A DNA stretch of 26,991 bases, taken from NCBI GenBank assembly GCA_031372825.1, contig JANMLZ010000082.1:1-26991 (forward strand). The letters are read 5' to 3'. The notes under the pieces are model-generated. The model saw nothing but the letters and a program-made list of their open reading frames with translations. It was not told where the DNA came from and ran no database searches. Below, in pieces: positions 1 through 8,518 of this stretch. The first letter of the stretch is position 1; the number at the start of each line of letters is the position of its first letter. Source of the stretch: Cyanobacteria bacterium OTE_58_metabat_593. GTDB taxonomy: Bacteria; Cyanobacteriota; Cyanobacteriia; Cyanobacteriales; Microcoleaceae. Both the position numbers and the translations under genes were made by a program.

Positions 1-28
1 TATAGTCATTTCAAATAAGTATGAGACA
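1..28. repeat. IS630 terminal inverted repeat, left
   Basis: TATAGTCATTTCAAATAAGTATGAGACA matches the reverse complement of 922-949 at 26 of 28 positions. Confidence 0.75.
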
Positions 29-874
29 CTCTTTCTGCACAATAAGCACGAATAATTTCATCAAGAGATGTGCCAGGAGACGCATACATTTTAGCTCTCT
101 TTAATGCACTAAAATCATGCTCAATATCATTTAAGTCAGGAGAGTATTTTGGCAAAAATAATATCTGATGACCCGCCTCCTCAACCAATAGTCTAATGAC
201 CGTCTTACGATGAATGGGTGCATTATCCATAATTAATATAGATGGACTTGTTAAATCTGGTAACAAATATAAAGATAACCATCCTTCAAATCCTTCTGCA
301 TTCAAACTACCCATAAACAGCATTGGTGCAATTAAGTCCTTCTTTCCTTTTCTTCTTCCTGCTACTAAATTTTCTCTTTTTCCCCGTTTTCCTGGTCTTT
401 CACCATAGACTTTTTTTCCTCTTTTTGAAAGAGCACAAACGCAACCTTCAAATTCCTCAAATCCTGATTAATCAATGAATACAATGCTTTTACTGCCATA
501 AAGTTTAATTAATTCTCTCAGATTTTTGTAATATTTCATTCTTTCTTCTCTATTTCTTTCTTGATAGCGAAGTTGTTTTTTTGGTAATTTTCAGTTTTTT
601 TAAGGCATAGCAGATGGCACTCGGTCTGACCGAAAAAGTTCTTGCTCTTTCTACTAATCTTGCTGAGCAGATTTTTTTCAACATCTTTTTTAAGGGCTTC
701 CCAATCTAGCTTTCGTTGACGGTGTTTGACCTGAGTTGGTCGAAGGTCTTCCCTACCTAACCATCTATAAATTGTTGCTCTTCCTACCTTAAATATGGCG
801 GCAGCTTTCGTTATACTCCCTCCATTTTCCACATAATTGACTACTTTTTGTCTTAGGTCTAGACTGTAAGCCAT
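6..874 (-). pseudogene. IS630-family DDE transposase, disrupted
   Basis: The N-terminal HTH (MAYSLDLRQKVVNYVENGGSITKAAAIFKVGRATIYRWL) reads well for about 65 aa and then loses sense, indicating a frameshift. The C-terminal frame reads VFID*SGFEEF with an in-frame TAA at 468-470, where an FIDESGF-type motif is expected. The C-terminal DDE_3-like part (ILIMDNAPIHRK...LFLPKYSPDLNDIEHDFSALK) is intact. Confidence 0.8.
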
Positions 875-921
875 TTTTTTCTAATTAACTATTTTTATCG
901 ATTTTATCATGATCTTACTTC

Positions 922-949
922 TGTCTCACATTTATTTGAAATGACTATA
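922..949. repeat. IS630 terminal inverted repeat, right
   Basis: TGTCTCACATTTATTTGAAATGACTATA, followed by TA. Confidence 0.75.
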
Positions 950-1223
950 TAGTTCGCCACAGTACCTAAATATGTTTAGTGGATGTGCGGGGGATTTAAT
1001 TGCTGCTAGTATTGTGGCTATGGGTAATGTGAGAGTTTTAGGAACGCCTACAACGGTCACTTACGCGGGCACTGTCACGACTGACTCAAAGCTTACTCTC
1101 GCCTATGAGTACGAGTCTGAGTCTGAAACTGTGCCGGAAACTACTACGATCGCAGGTGTTGGTTTAGCTTTTGGCTTGGGCTGCTGGTGGAAGAGGAAGG
1201 TGGGGAAAAGGACTTTTAAATAA
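945..1223 (+). pseudogene. 3' fragment of a PEP-CTERM sorting-domain protein gene, truncated by the IS630 insertion
   Basis: The reading frame is open right from the IS end at 945. The C-terminus VPETTTIAGVGLAFGLGCWWKRKVGKR has the PEP-CTERM layout: a VPEP-like motif, a hydrophobic helix and a basic tail. No plausible N-terminus or signal peptide is present; the first candidate start, ATG 972, lies inside the frame. Confidence 0.55.
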
Positions 1224-1248
1224 GATGAGCTGCATTTGTCCGCCACAC

Positions 1249-1274
1249 AAAAAAGCCCTGGGACAAGCAGGGCT
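1249..1274 (-). terminator. Rho-independent terminator downstream of the porin gene
   Basis: On the minus strand a 7-bp stem AGCCCTG/CAGGGCT (1254-1260 with 1268-1274) with a 7-nt loop is followed by TTTTTT (1249-1254 region). Confidence 0.6.
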
Positions 1275-1340
1275 AATGTTAAATTATAGAGTTGTTAGCA
1301 GAGAGAGAATATGACTCTCCCTGCCTCCTAGAACGTGCTC

Positions 1341-3482
1341 TTAGAACGTGAAAGTAGTTCTCAGAGTACCAATAATGATGTCGTCGTTCTGATCGTTTTG
1401 ATTGGGGTTGGTAATCCAAATGACGCCCGGAGTCACAGAAATGTTATCGCTGAGCTTGAACTTGTAGAAGCCTTCAACGTGCCACGACTCGTCATTTGAG
1501 AACCTCCGCAAATTGCCGCCAGCCTCAAGTTTATCCAAGTAAGGCTCGCGACCTACTACAAAACCAAGTAAGTTGCCTTCTTTCCCTAAATCGGGCAAAG
1601 CCAAGGTGACAGCGTAGTTCCAAATTCTCGCATCGCCGATGCCGATAATGCGAGCATTGGTTAAACCAGCCCACCCGCCAATTATAAATCTCGGGTTCAG
1701 GCGGAATGAAGCTTGAGCGCCGTAGGAGTTGCTGACAACTTTGCGAGCGCGGAAGCCGGAGAAGCCTTCGCTCAAACCGTTGAGAGAATTAGCTACGCCG
1801 GTACCGGTGAAACCGCCGAGACTGCCGGGCCCGTTTCCTAAACCGTTGTCAAACCCGAAGTTACCTCTGCTAAAGTAACCGTGGTTGTAGTTGAAACCAA
1901 CTTGCAAGTTGCGTCCGGGGGTAAAAGTCAATTGGCCCATTGCGGCGTAGTCGCCGTTGAGCAAGCCGGCGCCCCTGGCAGAACTGGCCGCATTTGACGC
2001 CAAATAGCCGAAGGACAGAGAAGTGGGGCCGAACACGCCGCCTAGCAAGCCCCTGCCGCCGAAGGCGTAGTCAAAGCCGATACCTGCACCGCCACCTAAG
2101 CGATAAATCGGGTTCCGCTGTCCAAAGGCGCTCAATGACCCGTTACCGCCGTCAAAGTCTTCAAAGTAAGGGTTGGTAGTCGGGAGGATGTCGTCCCAAA
2201 CCACAGCGTTTGCTGCAAGGGTAACGTTCAGTTGCTGACCGACAGGGAATTTGTACAGCAAGGTGTCGAGGGCAAAAACGTTATCGGTTCGGCCGACTAC
2301 GTTCCAAGTTTGAGTGCCTTCACTGGTAGCCCCTAAGTTAAAGTTTCGACCGTTGCCGACCTGAAGCCTGGTTAGCAGCAAGTCTCGGCCGGTGAAGCTA
2401 GTGTTTAAATTGAGACGCACCCGCTGTTGGAAGACAGCCTCGTTTTGGTTGCTGCCGATTCTTCGGTTGTTTCTGTCAAAAAGCCTAGTGTCGCCACTAA
2501 AGTCGTCGCTGAGGGCAAAAATTGCTTCCCCAGTCAGTTTGGTCGTGGTTGAGAATTGGTTGGCTTCGAGTTCGGATGTCCGAGCGTCCAGAGCATCGAC
2601 GCGGCCGCGCAGGGTTGCCAATTCCGCTGCAAATTCTTCTTGGAGCCGTTGGAGGGCTGCCAAGTCATCTTTGGTAGCTAAGTTGGTCGTGCCTGCTTTA
2701 ATTAGATCGTTAACTTTATCTAGGCAAGCATTTAAACCGGCGGCAAATTCGTAGCGGGTCATTGCCCGGTTGCCACGGAATGTGCCGTCGGGATACCCGG
2801 CTATACAGCCATAGCGCTCAACTAGGGATTGCAGTGCTTGGAATGCCCAGTCTGTGGGGCGCACGTCGGAAAGTTGAGATACTGAGGTAACTTGACCTTG
2901 AGTTTCGCCGTCGGCAGCACCTTCGCTGCTGTATTGGCTGAGCTGTTGTAATGTAGCGGCTGGGTTTTGAGCTTGTGGTGCAGCGGTTTGGGCTACAGAT
3001 TCAGGCAGTTTCGGCAAACTTTGTTGTACCGGCGCTGTCACTGTCGGGGCAATTGTTTCTAATTGAACTGCGCCGATTTGCTCCTCGACAGCGGTAGCTG
3101 CTGCTGATTTTTCTACTGGTTGAACGACTGTTGACTCAACTGCTGCTTCATATTCGTTTACAGCAGGTTGTGATGCCGCGTCTAGGGCACTGTTGCCTAG
3201 GACGATCGTACTTTGTGTTGAAGCTGTGCTATTGGCTTCAATCGCTGGCTGGGTTTCGCCGGCGGCTTGGGAAATTTCTGCGACTGGGCTGGCTGCGGTT
3301 GTTTCGCTCACAGCAGAAGCGGCATTGAGTTTCGCTTCCGAGGTTTCAGCGGTTTCAGCTTGAGGCTTTAGCGCATCAGCCGCTGGCTGAGCGTCTGCTG
3401 CCATCGCGCTCGAAGCAACCACTAGGGTAGCTCCTAGGACTGCTGGGCTAATTAGTAAGTAGCTCCACAAAAATTTAGACAT
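1341..3482 (-). CDS. Outer-membrane porin with an SLH domain, a coiled coil and an OprB-like beta-barrel (cyanobacterial Som-type)
   Basis: Signal peptide ending in AMA. A low-complexity A/Q/E/T-rich linker follows. SLH motif WAFQALQSLVERYGCIAGYPDGTFRGNRAMTRYEFAAGLNACL. A coiled coil follows, then a Gly/aromatic-rich barrel ending in terminal F. Confidence 0.9.
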   Translation of the reverse strand: MSKFLWSYLLISPAVLGATLVVASSAMAADAQPAADALKPQAETAETSEAKLNAASAVSETTAASPVAEISQAAGETQPAIEANSTASTQSTIVLGNSALDAASQPAVNEYEAAVESTVVQPVEKSAAATAVEEQIGAVQLETIAPTVTAPVQQSLPKLPESVAQTAAPQAQNPAATLQQLSQYSSEGAADGETQGQVTSVSQLSDVRPTDWAFQALQSLVERYGCIAGYPDGTFRGNRAMTRYEFAAGLNACLDKVNDLIKAGTTNLATKDDLAALQRLQEEFAAELATLRGRVDALDARTSELEANQFSTTTKLTGEAIFALSDDFSGDTRLFDRNNRRIGSNQNEAVFQQRVRLNLNTSFTGRDLLLTRLQVGNGRNFNLGATSEGTQTWNVVGRTDNVFALDTLLYKFPVGQQLNVTLAANAVVWDDILPTTNPYFEDFDGGNGSLSAFGQRNPIYRLGGGAGIGFDYAFGGRGLLGGVFGPTSLSFGYLASNAASSARGAGLLNGDYAAMGQLTFTPGRNLQVGFNYNHGYFSRGNFGFDNGLGNGPGSLGGFTGTGVANSLNGLSEGFSGFRARKVVSNSYGAQASFRLNPRFIIGGWAGLTNARIIGIGDARIWNYAVTLALPDLGKEGNLLGFVVGREPYLDKLEAGGNLRRFSNDESWHVEGFYKFKLSDNISVTPGVIWITNPNQNDQNDDIIIGTLRTTFTF

Positions 3483-3614
3483 TTTCTCTCTCCTCCTCAG
3501 ACCGATTACAAAGAAACTTTTCTAGTCTTCTATGTGGTCAGTAATTGCCACACTAGGATACTTTAAAAAAAGACCTAAAATTCACTTTTTTTTGGATTTT
3601 TGGGGCTGACTGAG

Positions 3615-3800
3615 TATGTTGACATCCTCCCCGGCGTGAACGCACGGGGATTCTAAGAATCACTTCCTAGACCTTTCTGTTTCAATGCAACTGCCATCAG
3701 ACTTATGCCTATCCGGTCTTACGTTCGCTCCACAGACTTTCACCGCAAGCCCTGCGGCGAGTATGTTTTTGGCTGCGTTCACATCCCGGTCGTGGTGAGT
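3615..3800 (-). ncRNA. Putative omega (right-end) guide RNA of TnpB; extent is a guess
   Basis: In characterised TnpB elements the omega RNA overlaps the 3' end of tnpB and runs to the right end. Strong hairpins sit immediately 3' of the stop codon here. No covariance or expression evidence is available. Confidence 0.35.
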
Positions 3801-4832
3801 CCCACATTTAGGGCAGTCCCATTCCCGAATGTTCAACGGCAGCTTTTCAACGATGTGTCCACACTCAGCACACCGCTTAGAACTCGGAAACCAGCGGTCA
3901 ATTTTGACGAAGCTACGACCATACCAGTCGCACTTGTATTCAAGCTGCCTGACCAATTCGCCCCAACTTGCATCACTGATCGAGAGAGCAAGCTTCCGAT
4001 TCTTTACCATGTTCTTGACAGCCAAGTCCTCAACGGCGATCGTTTGGTTTTCACGCACCAATTGAGTTGTCAACTTGTGAAGAAAATCTTGTCGGGCATC
4101 ACTGATTTCTTGATGCACTTTCGCCACCTTAAGCCGTGCTTTATGGCGGTTGCTAGACCCTTTTTGCTTCCGGCTCAAAGACTTCTGAGCTTTTCTGAGC
4201 TTGGCACGTTTTACCTTAAACCCTTTGGGGTTGGCAATATGCTCACCTGTACTCAAGGCGACCAAACTGGTCACACCCAAATCAATCCCAATTTCATTCG
4301 GAGACTCAGGCAATGGCTCAATCAGGGTATCCACCAACAGCGCAACAGTCCAGCGTCCCGAAGGCGAGAGCTTCACTGTCACCGTGGAGGGAATTGCACC
4401 TTCGGGCATCGTGCGACTCCACCGAATTGCCAAAGGTTCAGCAGACTTAGCCAGGAAAACCTGACCCTCCTTGAACTTAAAAGCAGATTTGGTGAATTCA
4501 GCACTCCCACCATTGCGCTTCTTTTTGAAGTTGGGATATTGCGCCCGACCTGCGAAGAAGTTGCTAAAAGCGGTTTGCAAATGGCGCAGTCCCTGCTGTA
4601 AGGGCACACAACTGACCTCATTGAGAAATTGAAGAGTCTCTTCTTTTTTCCAAGTGGTCAGCATGGCAGAGCTTTCAATGTACCCAATTCGTTTTTTCTC
4701 GCCGTACCAAGCCTCAGTTCTAGCAGCAAGGGCACGGTTATAGACCAAGCGAGTGCAGCCCATCGTTCGCCTGAGCAAGGTTTCCTGCTCAGGTGTGGGA
4801 TATAAGCGGTATTTGAAAGATTTCTGGGTCAT
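3660..4832 (-). CDS. tnpB: TnpB (OrfB) RNA-guided RuvC-type endonuclease
   Basis: Typical N-terminus KYRLYPTPEQETLLRRTMGCTRLVYNRAL. The RuvC triad context is intact: IGIDLGV (D), IAVEDL (E) and RDVNAAKNI (D). The zinc finger CAECGH...CPKCG is present. Confidence 0.9.
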   Translation of the reverse strand: MTQKSFKYRLYPTPEQETLLRRTMGCTRLVYNRALAARTEAWYGEKKRIGYIESSAMLTTWKKEETLQFLNEVSCVPLQQGLRHLQTAFSNFFAGRAQYPNFKKKRNGGSAEFTKSAFKFKEGQVFLAKSAEPLAIRWSRTMPEGAIPSTVTVKLSPSGRWTVALLVDTLIEPLPESPNEIGIDLGVTSLVALSTGEHIANPKGFKVKRAKLRKAQKSLSRKQKGSSNRHKARLKVAKVHQEISDARQDFLHKLTTQLVRENQTIAVEDLAVKNMVKNRKLALSISDASWGELVRQLEYKCDWYGRSFVKIDRWFPSSKRCAECGHIVEKLPLNIREWDCPKCGTHHDRDVNAAKNILAAGLAVKVCGANVRPDRHKSDGSCIETERSRK

Positions 4833-5077
4833 GCCTCACATTATAGCAGCTATTCTGTGAGCTGCGTTTATTTTGATGTCAAGCCGTCCTAAAAGGACGG
4901 GGTTTCCACCCACATTTTTCGATGATGTGACTGGTTTTTAGGTTTGCTTGTTTTTCGAGCGGTACTCTAGAGTGTAAAAACCTGACAATAGATAGGCTAT
5001 TGAGTGATTTGGCGAGTGACTGTTTTGATGCAAGCCCGATCGCCTGTTTAATTTTTAACACAACACGCCCGACTCGT

Positions 5078-6784
5078 CTAGGCTGATTCGACTTTAACCT
5101 CCAAGCTGTGTCCGAGGACGCTAAAGACTCTGCGGTGATCGAAAAGTTCCAATAAATCACTATTAATTTTGTTGTGAGCTGCTTCTTGCCGCAAAATTTT
5201 CATCGCTGCCTCTGTGCGTAGAGCTCGCTTGTAGGGGCGATCGCCTGCTGTCAGGGCGTCGTAAATATCGGCGATCGTCATCAATTGTGCTTGAATGGGG
5301 ATTTCTGAGTGTTTTAGACCTCGCGGATAGCCTGTACCGTCGAGTTTCTCGTGATGTCCGTAAGCGATGCTGGGAACGTTTTTTAGGTCTTTTGTCCAGG
5401 GAATTTGGTTGAGAAATTCGTAAGTGTGAGTTACGTGAGATTCTATTGCCGATCGTTCTTCTGGCGTGAGATTGCCCCTCGACACCATCAATTGCACGAT
5501 CTCATCTGGGGTTAGCAGCGGTTTAATTGCCCCGTCTATATCTCTGTAAGTTTGCCGAGAAAGTTCTCGCAGTTGAGCTAGGGGTTCTTCCGCCAAAATG
5601 TGAGGCTCGTTTGCCTCGATCAAGACTTCCCAGTATTCTGCCAATCTGGTTTTTGCGTCTGCTAGAAAAGTGTCTAGCTGTTCGATTTCCAGGCATTGAG
5701 TGCATTCTGGCTCGTCGTTAGGGTGTTTTCGGTAGGCTGAATGATCCAGCAAGTATTTATATTTAGATTGGACGCATTCCATTTCCATCGTCCGCTGAGC
5801 TAGGGCGAAACGGTGACGAATGATTTCTAGCTGTGCGGGGTAGAGCTTTTTCTGCTTGGTCAAAACTGCTTCTGGCACTCCGATTTTGCCAAAATCGTGC
5901 AGCAGGGCGGCGTAGCGAATTTCTTGAATTTGGCGGTTGTTAAAGTAAACAGAGCGCAGCCATCCGCTGTTGACAGCGTTTACTTCTTCTGACAGGCGTA
6001 CTGTGAGGGCTGCTACTCGTTCTGAATGGCCGTAGGTGCAGGGGTCTCTGGCTTCTATAACTTGCACTGAGGCTTTGACGAAGCCCTCGAACAAATGTTC
6101 TATGCTTTCTTGGAGTTGATTGCGCTCGATCGAGATTGCTGCTTGAGATGCCAGCGATCGAACTATCCTTTCTTCCCACTCCGAATACTGCTGCGTCGAT
6201 TCCCAGGCATTCTCTGCCGTCAGCACCGCATCTGCCTTTGTTTTGCGGTTAATCAGTTGCAGTATGCCTATTGTCTCGCCTTGTCGGTTTTGCATCGGCA
6301 ACACCATCACCGAACAAGTGCGGTAATTAATATCCCTGTCAAAACTGGTATCTAGTTGGTAGGGTACGCCAGGGGGCAAGTCATAGGCATCCGACAGGTT
6401 CAAACTTTGACCTGTAGTTGCGACGTAACCCGCCAAGCTTTTGTCTGTCAGCGGCAGAGCAAATTCCTTAAACGACAGTCTGGGTTTAGAACCATTTTGG
6501 GCTACTTTGAACAGCAACTTAGATTTCTCGTCACTGTGATCTACTAAATAAACGCTGCCCGCATCGCTGTAGGTGATTTCCCTGCTTTTGGATAAAATTA
6601 AGTTTAACAAGCCACCCAAATCTTGGGCGCTCGACAAAGCGGTGCCAATATCCAAAAGCTTTTCTATCAGATCGGTTCTTTCAGCAGACTCGTTCAAGAA
6701 CTCTGGCTTTTCAAATACGATCATGGTCTGAGGATGGCGAATAGCCTTTAATACATTGAACTTTTTGCATCTAGACTTTCTCAC
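5078..6784 (-). CDS. GAF-domain / HD-GYP-domain signalling protein (putative c-di-GMP phosphodiesterase)
   Basis: HD motif AALLHDFGKIGVP and HHEKLDGTGYPRGL (GYP) are present, with an N-terminal GAF-like region. A long helical insert lies between the HD and GYP parts. The true start may be the internal Met at 6724 (MIVFEKPEF). Confidence 0.85.
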   Translation of the reverse strand: MRKSRCKKFNVLKAIRHPQTMIVFEKPEFLNESAERTDLIEKLLDIGTALSSAQDLGGLLNLILSKSREITYSDAGSVYLVDHSDEKSKLLFKVAQNGSKPRLSFKEFALPLTDKSLAGYVATTGQSLNLSDAYDLPPGVPYQLDTSFDRDINYRTCSVMVLPMQNRQGETIGILQLINRKTKADAVLTAENAWESTQQYSEWEERIVRSLASQAAISIERNQLQESIEHLFEGFVKASVQVIEARDPCTYGHSERVAALTVRLSEEVNAVNSGWLRSVYFNNRQIQEIRYAALLHDFGKIGVPEAVLTKQKKLYPAQLEIIRHRFALAQRTMEMECVQSKYKYLLDHSAYRKHPNDEPECTQCLEIEQLDTFLADAKTRLAEYWEVLIEANEPHILAEEPLAQLRELSRQTYRDIDGAIKPLLTPDEIVQLMVSRGNLTPEERSAIESHVTHTYEFLNQIPWTKDLKNVPSIAYGHHEKLDGTGYPRGLKHSEIPIQAQLMTIADIYDALTAGDRPYKRALRTEAAMKILRQEAAHNKINSDLLELFDHRRVFSVLGHSLEVKVESA

Positions 6785-6885
6785 ACCCGATTCTAACCCA
6801 GAGTCGATTTTTTATTTGCGAGCTTTCCGCGATCGAGGACTCTCGCTAGATGCCGTGGCTCCTGTTACGAAAACTGGAGCTGCTT

Positions 6886-7167
6886 TTAATCTAACTTAGA
6901 AATCTGTTGCGCTAGGGCAAAATCTTTCTCAGTTAAGCCTCCGGCATCGTGAGTTGTCAAGTTAACTATTACTTTGTTATAGGAGATTTTTATATCTGGG
7001 TGATGTCCTGCGGCTTCTGAGGGGGCGACTAACTTATTTACAAAGGCGATCGATTCGATAAAATCTTTAAATGAACGGGTACACCGTAGTTGCTTGCCTT
7101 CAACCGCCCAGCCTGACAATTGACTGGCGCGCTCTTTAATTTCAATATTGTTAAGTAGGTCAGCCAT
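6886..7167 (-). CDS. Pterin-4-alpha-carbinolamine dehydratase (PCD/DCoH family)
   Basis: 93 aa containing GHHPDIKISYNKVIVNLTTHDAGGLTEKDFALA, the PCD signature. Confidence 0.9.
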   Translation of the reverse strand: MADLLNNIEIKERASQLSGWAVEGKQLRCTRSFKDFIESIAFVNKLVAPSEAAGHHPDIKISYNKVIVNLTTHDAGGLTEKDFALAQQISKLD

Positions 7168-7242
7168 AATTTTTTTTAAATTTTGGGATTAGCTTTTTGG
7201 CAGATTCGCAGCCCACGTGTGGAAAATCTCACCAAAAACTAT

Positions 7243-7463
7243 CCGCTCTCACCAATAGTATTTGTGCTCAAGTTTTAATACTCAAGATTTAACACTATTT
7301 GGGGTGAGAGCGGTCTAGTGGGTCTTCAGATTAGAACCTGACTGCCGGGAGATTCCCTAGCTCAGCCTGGTTCCCCATGGAATTCGTTTCCTGTTGGAAA
7401 CGATGGCTGGCTGCTAGTGAGCGGCCCCGGCGCACAGCCGGTAGTTTCCAATCTGATGACCCA
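7243..7463 (+). ncRNA. Candidate structured RNA (unclassified): hairpin A 7243-7313 plus a 145-nt extended hairpin B 7319-7463
   Basis: Hairpin A pairs CCGCTCTCACC (7243-7253) with GGTGAGAGCGG (7303-7313). Hairpin B has a closing helix TGGGTCTTCAGATT (7319-7332) with AATCTGATGACCCA (7450-7463), 13 of 14 paired. It has nested helices and an apical stem CGTTTCC-TGTT-GGAAACG (7385-7402). One G-U pair favours the + strand. The region has no credible ORF. Confidence 0.25.
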
Positions 7464-7880
7464 TGCGTTTACTACTTTCTATCATGAGCATCACCTCCAG
7501 TTTTTACTAAATGGTTTATATTTGAACGCACTTCATCTAAATCAAGGATTCAGTATGAAGATTTGTGTGCTACCCATTGGTAGCGTTACCAGATGAACCT
7601 GCGTTCTGAGTCTCATTCCGGTATGCACAGTTACTAGAATAACACAAGGAATCAGAAGTGGGGGATGCTGGTTGAAAATTTTTCAAAATATCGGCAAATG
7701 ACTGGCACTGCAATGTTTGCGATCGATCTCTACAGCCAGCGGGTGACCAGATTTTTATTCAAAAGTTCTGCTGTGGGGCGATCGGGTGTAAAGCGGGAAA
7801 TAATGTGCGATCGGTCGATCGATAACCGGGCTTCTAAATACCATTGGTTCACGAATACTCGATGTTGTGATCGATCAAAT

Positions 7881-7912
7881 AAAAAGCTCCTGCCGATCAG
7901 CAGGAGCTTTTT
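7881..7912. terminator. Bidirectional intrinsic-terminator-like hairpin
   Basis: AAAAA-GCTCCTGC-CGATCA-GCAGGAGC-TTTTT: an 8-bp GC-rich stem flanked by an A-run and a T-run. Confidence 0.5.
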
Positions 7913-8288
7913 AAACATTAAGGGTAAGTTCAAGCAATTTAGGCTTTACCGCTTCTAAAAACCTATGTAAATCTTTTCTTGAAGAACAAGATCTCACAGA
8001 AGTCCAAGTCCACGATATAACTTCCTCAAGGTAAAGAGTAGTGCATTACTGCTTGCTTATTGCTCGGCGGTTGCTCAACTTTAAGCATGGCCACAATTCC
8101 TTAGTTAAAGTTTACGACCTTGGGGGGGTAGATTATTTAGTTGTAGTGGGATGATTAATTTGTGTTAGGTGTTTTACGGCTTTCACCCCGTCTAAGCCTT
8201 CACAACCCGCATTAATCCAGCGTTATCAAATCATACATTAATTTTGCCCGATCGGGGCCCAAAGCCGAAATACTGAGAATTAGATCTT

Positions 8289-8414
8289 CTAATCCTTGGT
8301 AAACCTAGATATTCCGGCTACTGCTTTAAACCCCTCTTTTTCCCAGCGTCGTATTGTGTCAACGCTCACCGCCTTGAGTTCTGCCAATTCACCAATGCTA
8401 ATCAGTCTGTTCAT
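8289..8414 (-). CDS. 41-aa MerR/excisionase-type HTH mini-protein (below the ORF-track size cutoff)
   Basis: My translation is MNRLISIGELAELKAVSVDTIRRWEKEGFKAVAGISRFTKD. The core IGELAELKAVSVDTIRRWEKEG matches the MerR-like or excisionase HTH also found at the N-terminus of IS607 serine recombinases. An AGGT sits 8 nt before the ATG, and a near-consensus promoter lies upstream. Confidence 0.4.
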   Translation of the reverse strand: MNRLISIGELAELKAVSVDTIRRWEKEGFKAVAGISRFTKD

Positions 8415-8418
8415 TAAC

Positions 8419-8469
8419 TTACCTAGGATCTAGTTCATAAATCCTAGGTAAATCTAGGTAAACTGTCAA
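8419..8469 (-). promoter_or_regulatory. Sigma70-like promoter overlapped by an 11-bp perfect palindrome (putative operator)
   Basis: On the minus strand TTGACA (8469-8464), a 17-nt spacer and TAGGAT (8446-8441). Inverted repeat TTACCTAGGAT (8419-8429) / ATCCTAGGTAA (8441-8451). An extra half-site-like ATCTAGGTAAA lies at 8452-8462. Confidence 0.4.
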
Positions 8470-8518
8470 CTGTCGTCTACCCTTTTAAAATGTTGGAATT
8501 TTTGAGCTTTCGCGATGC

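Larger units (their letters stand above)
1..951 (-). mobile_element. IS630/Tc1-mariner family insertion sequence, degenerate copy (window begins at or just inside its end)
   Basis: Terminal inverted repeats at 1-28 and 922-949 match at 26 of 28 positions. The right end is followed by TA (950-951), the IS630 target dinucleotide. Internal ORFs encode the IS630 HTH N-terminus and the DDE C-terminus. Confidence 0.8.
3615..4915 (-). mobile_element. IS200/IS605-family (IS1341-type) element carrying tnpB only; boundaries approximate
   Basis: tnpB is flanked by end hairpins. Upstream of the ATG there is CCGTCCT-AAA-AGGACGG (4884-4900). Downstream of the stop there is TCCCCGGCG-TGAA-CGCACGGGGA (about 3627-3650). 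The two ends also carry TTGACATC and GATGTCAA, which are reverse complements. No Y1 tnpA gene is present. Confidence 0.6.

Noticed and set aside
4879-5160. 93-aa minus-strand ORF
   Set aside because: It spans the TnpB left-end hairpin and overlaps the 3' end of the HD-GYP gene in another frame. It is a shadow ORF.
7355-7372. tRNA D-arm-like string TAGCTCAGCCTGGTT inside the structured region
   Set aside because: No complementary GAGC D-stem return, anticodon arm, T-loop (GTTCRANYC) or acceptor pairing could be built. It is not a tRNA.
7168-7470. Possible riboswitch (cobalamin, Moco, glutamine or THF) in the leader of the PCD gene
   Set aside because: I could not find the B12 box (GCCACTG), the Moco CCUCCGAG-type core or the glutamine-riboswitch core on either strand. 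It is kept only as an unclassified structured-RNA candidate.
7665-7958. 97-aa plus-strand ORF in the ORF-free gap
   Set aside because: It runs straight through the strong bidirectional terminator hairpin at 7881-7912. It has odd composition and HIP1-derived CDRS repeats, and no ribosome-binding site.
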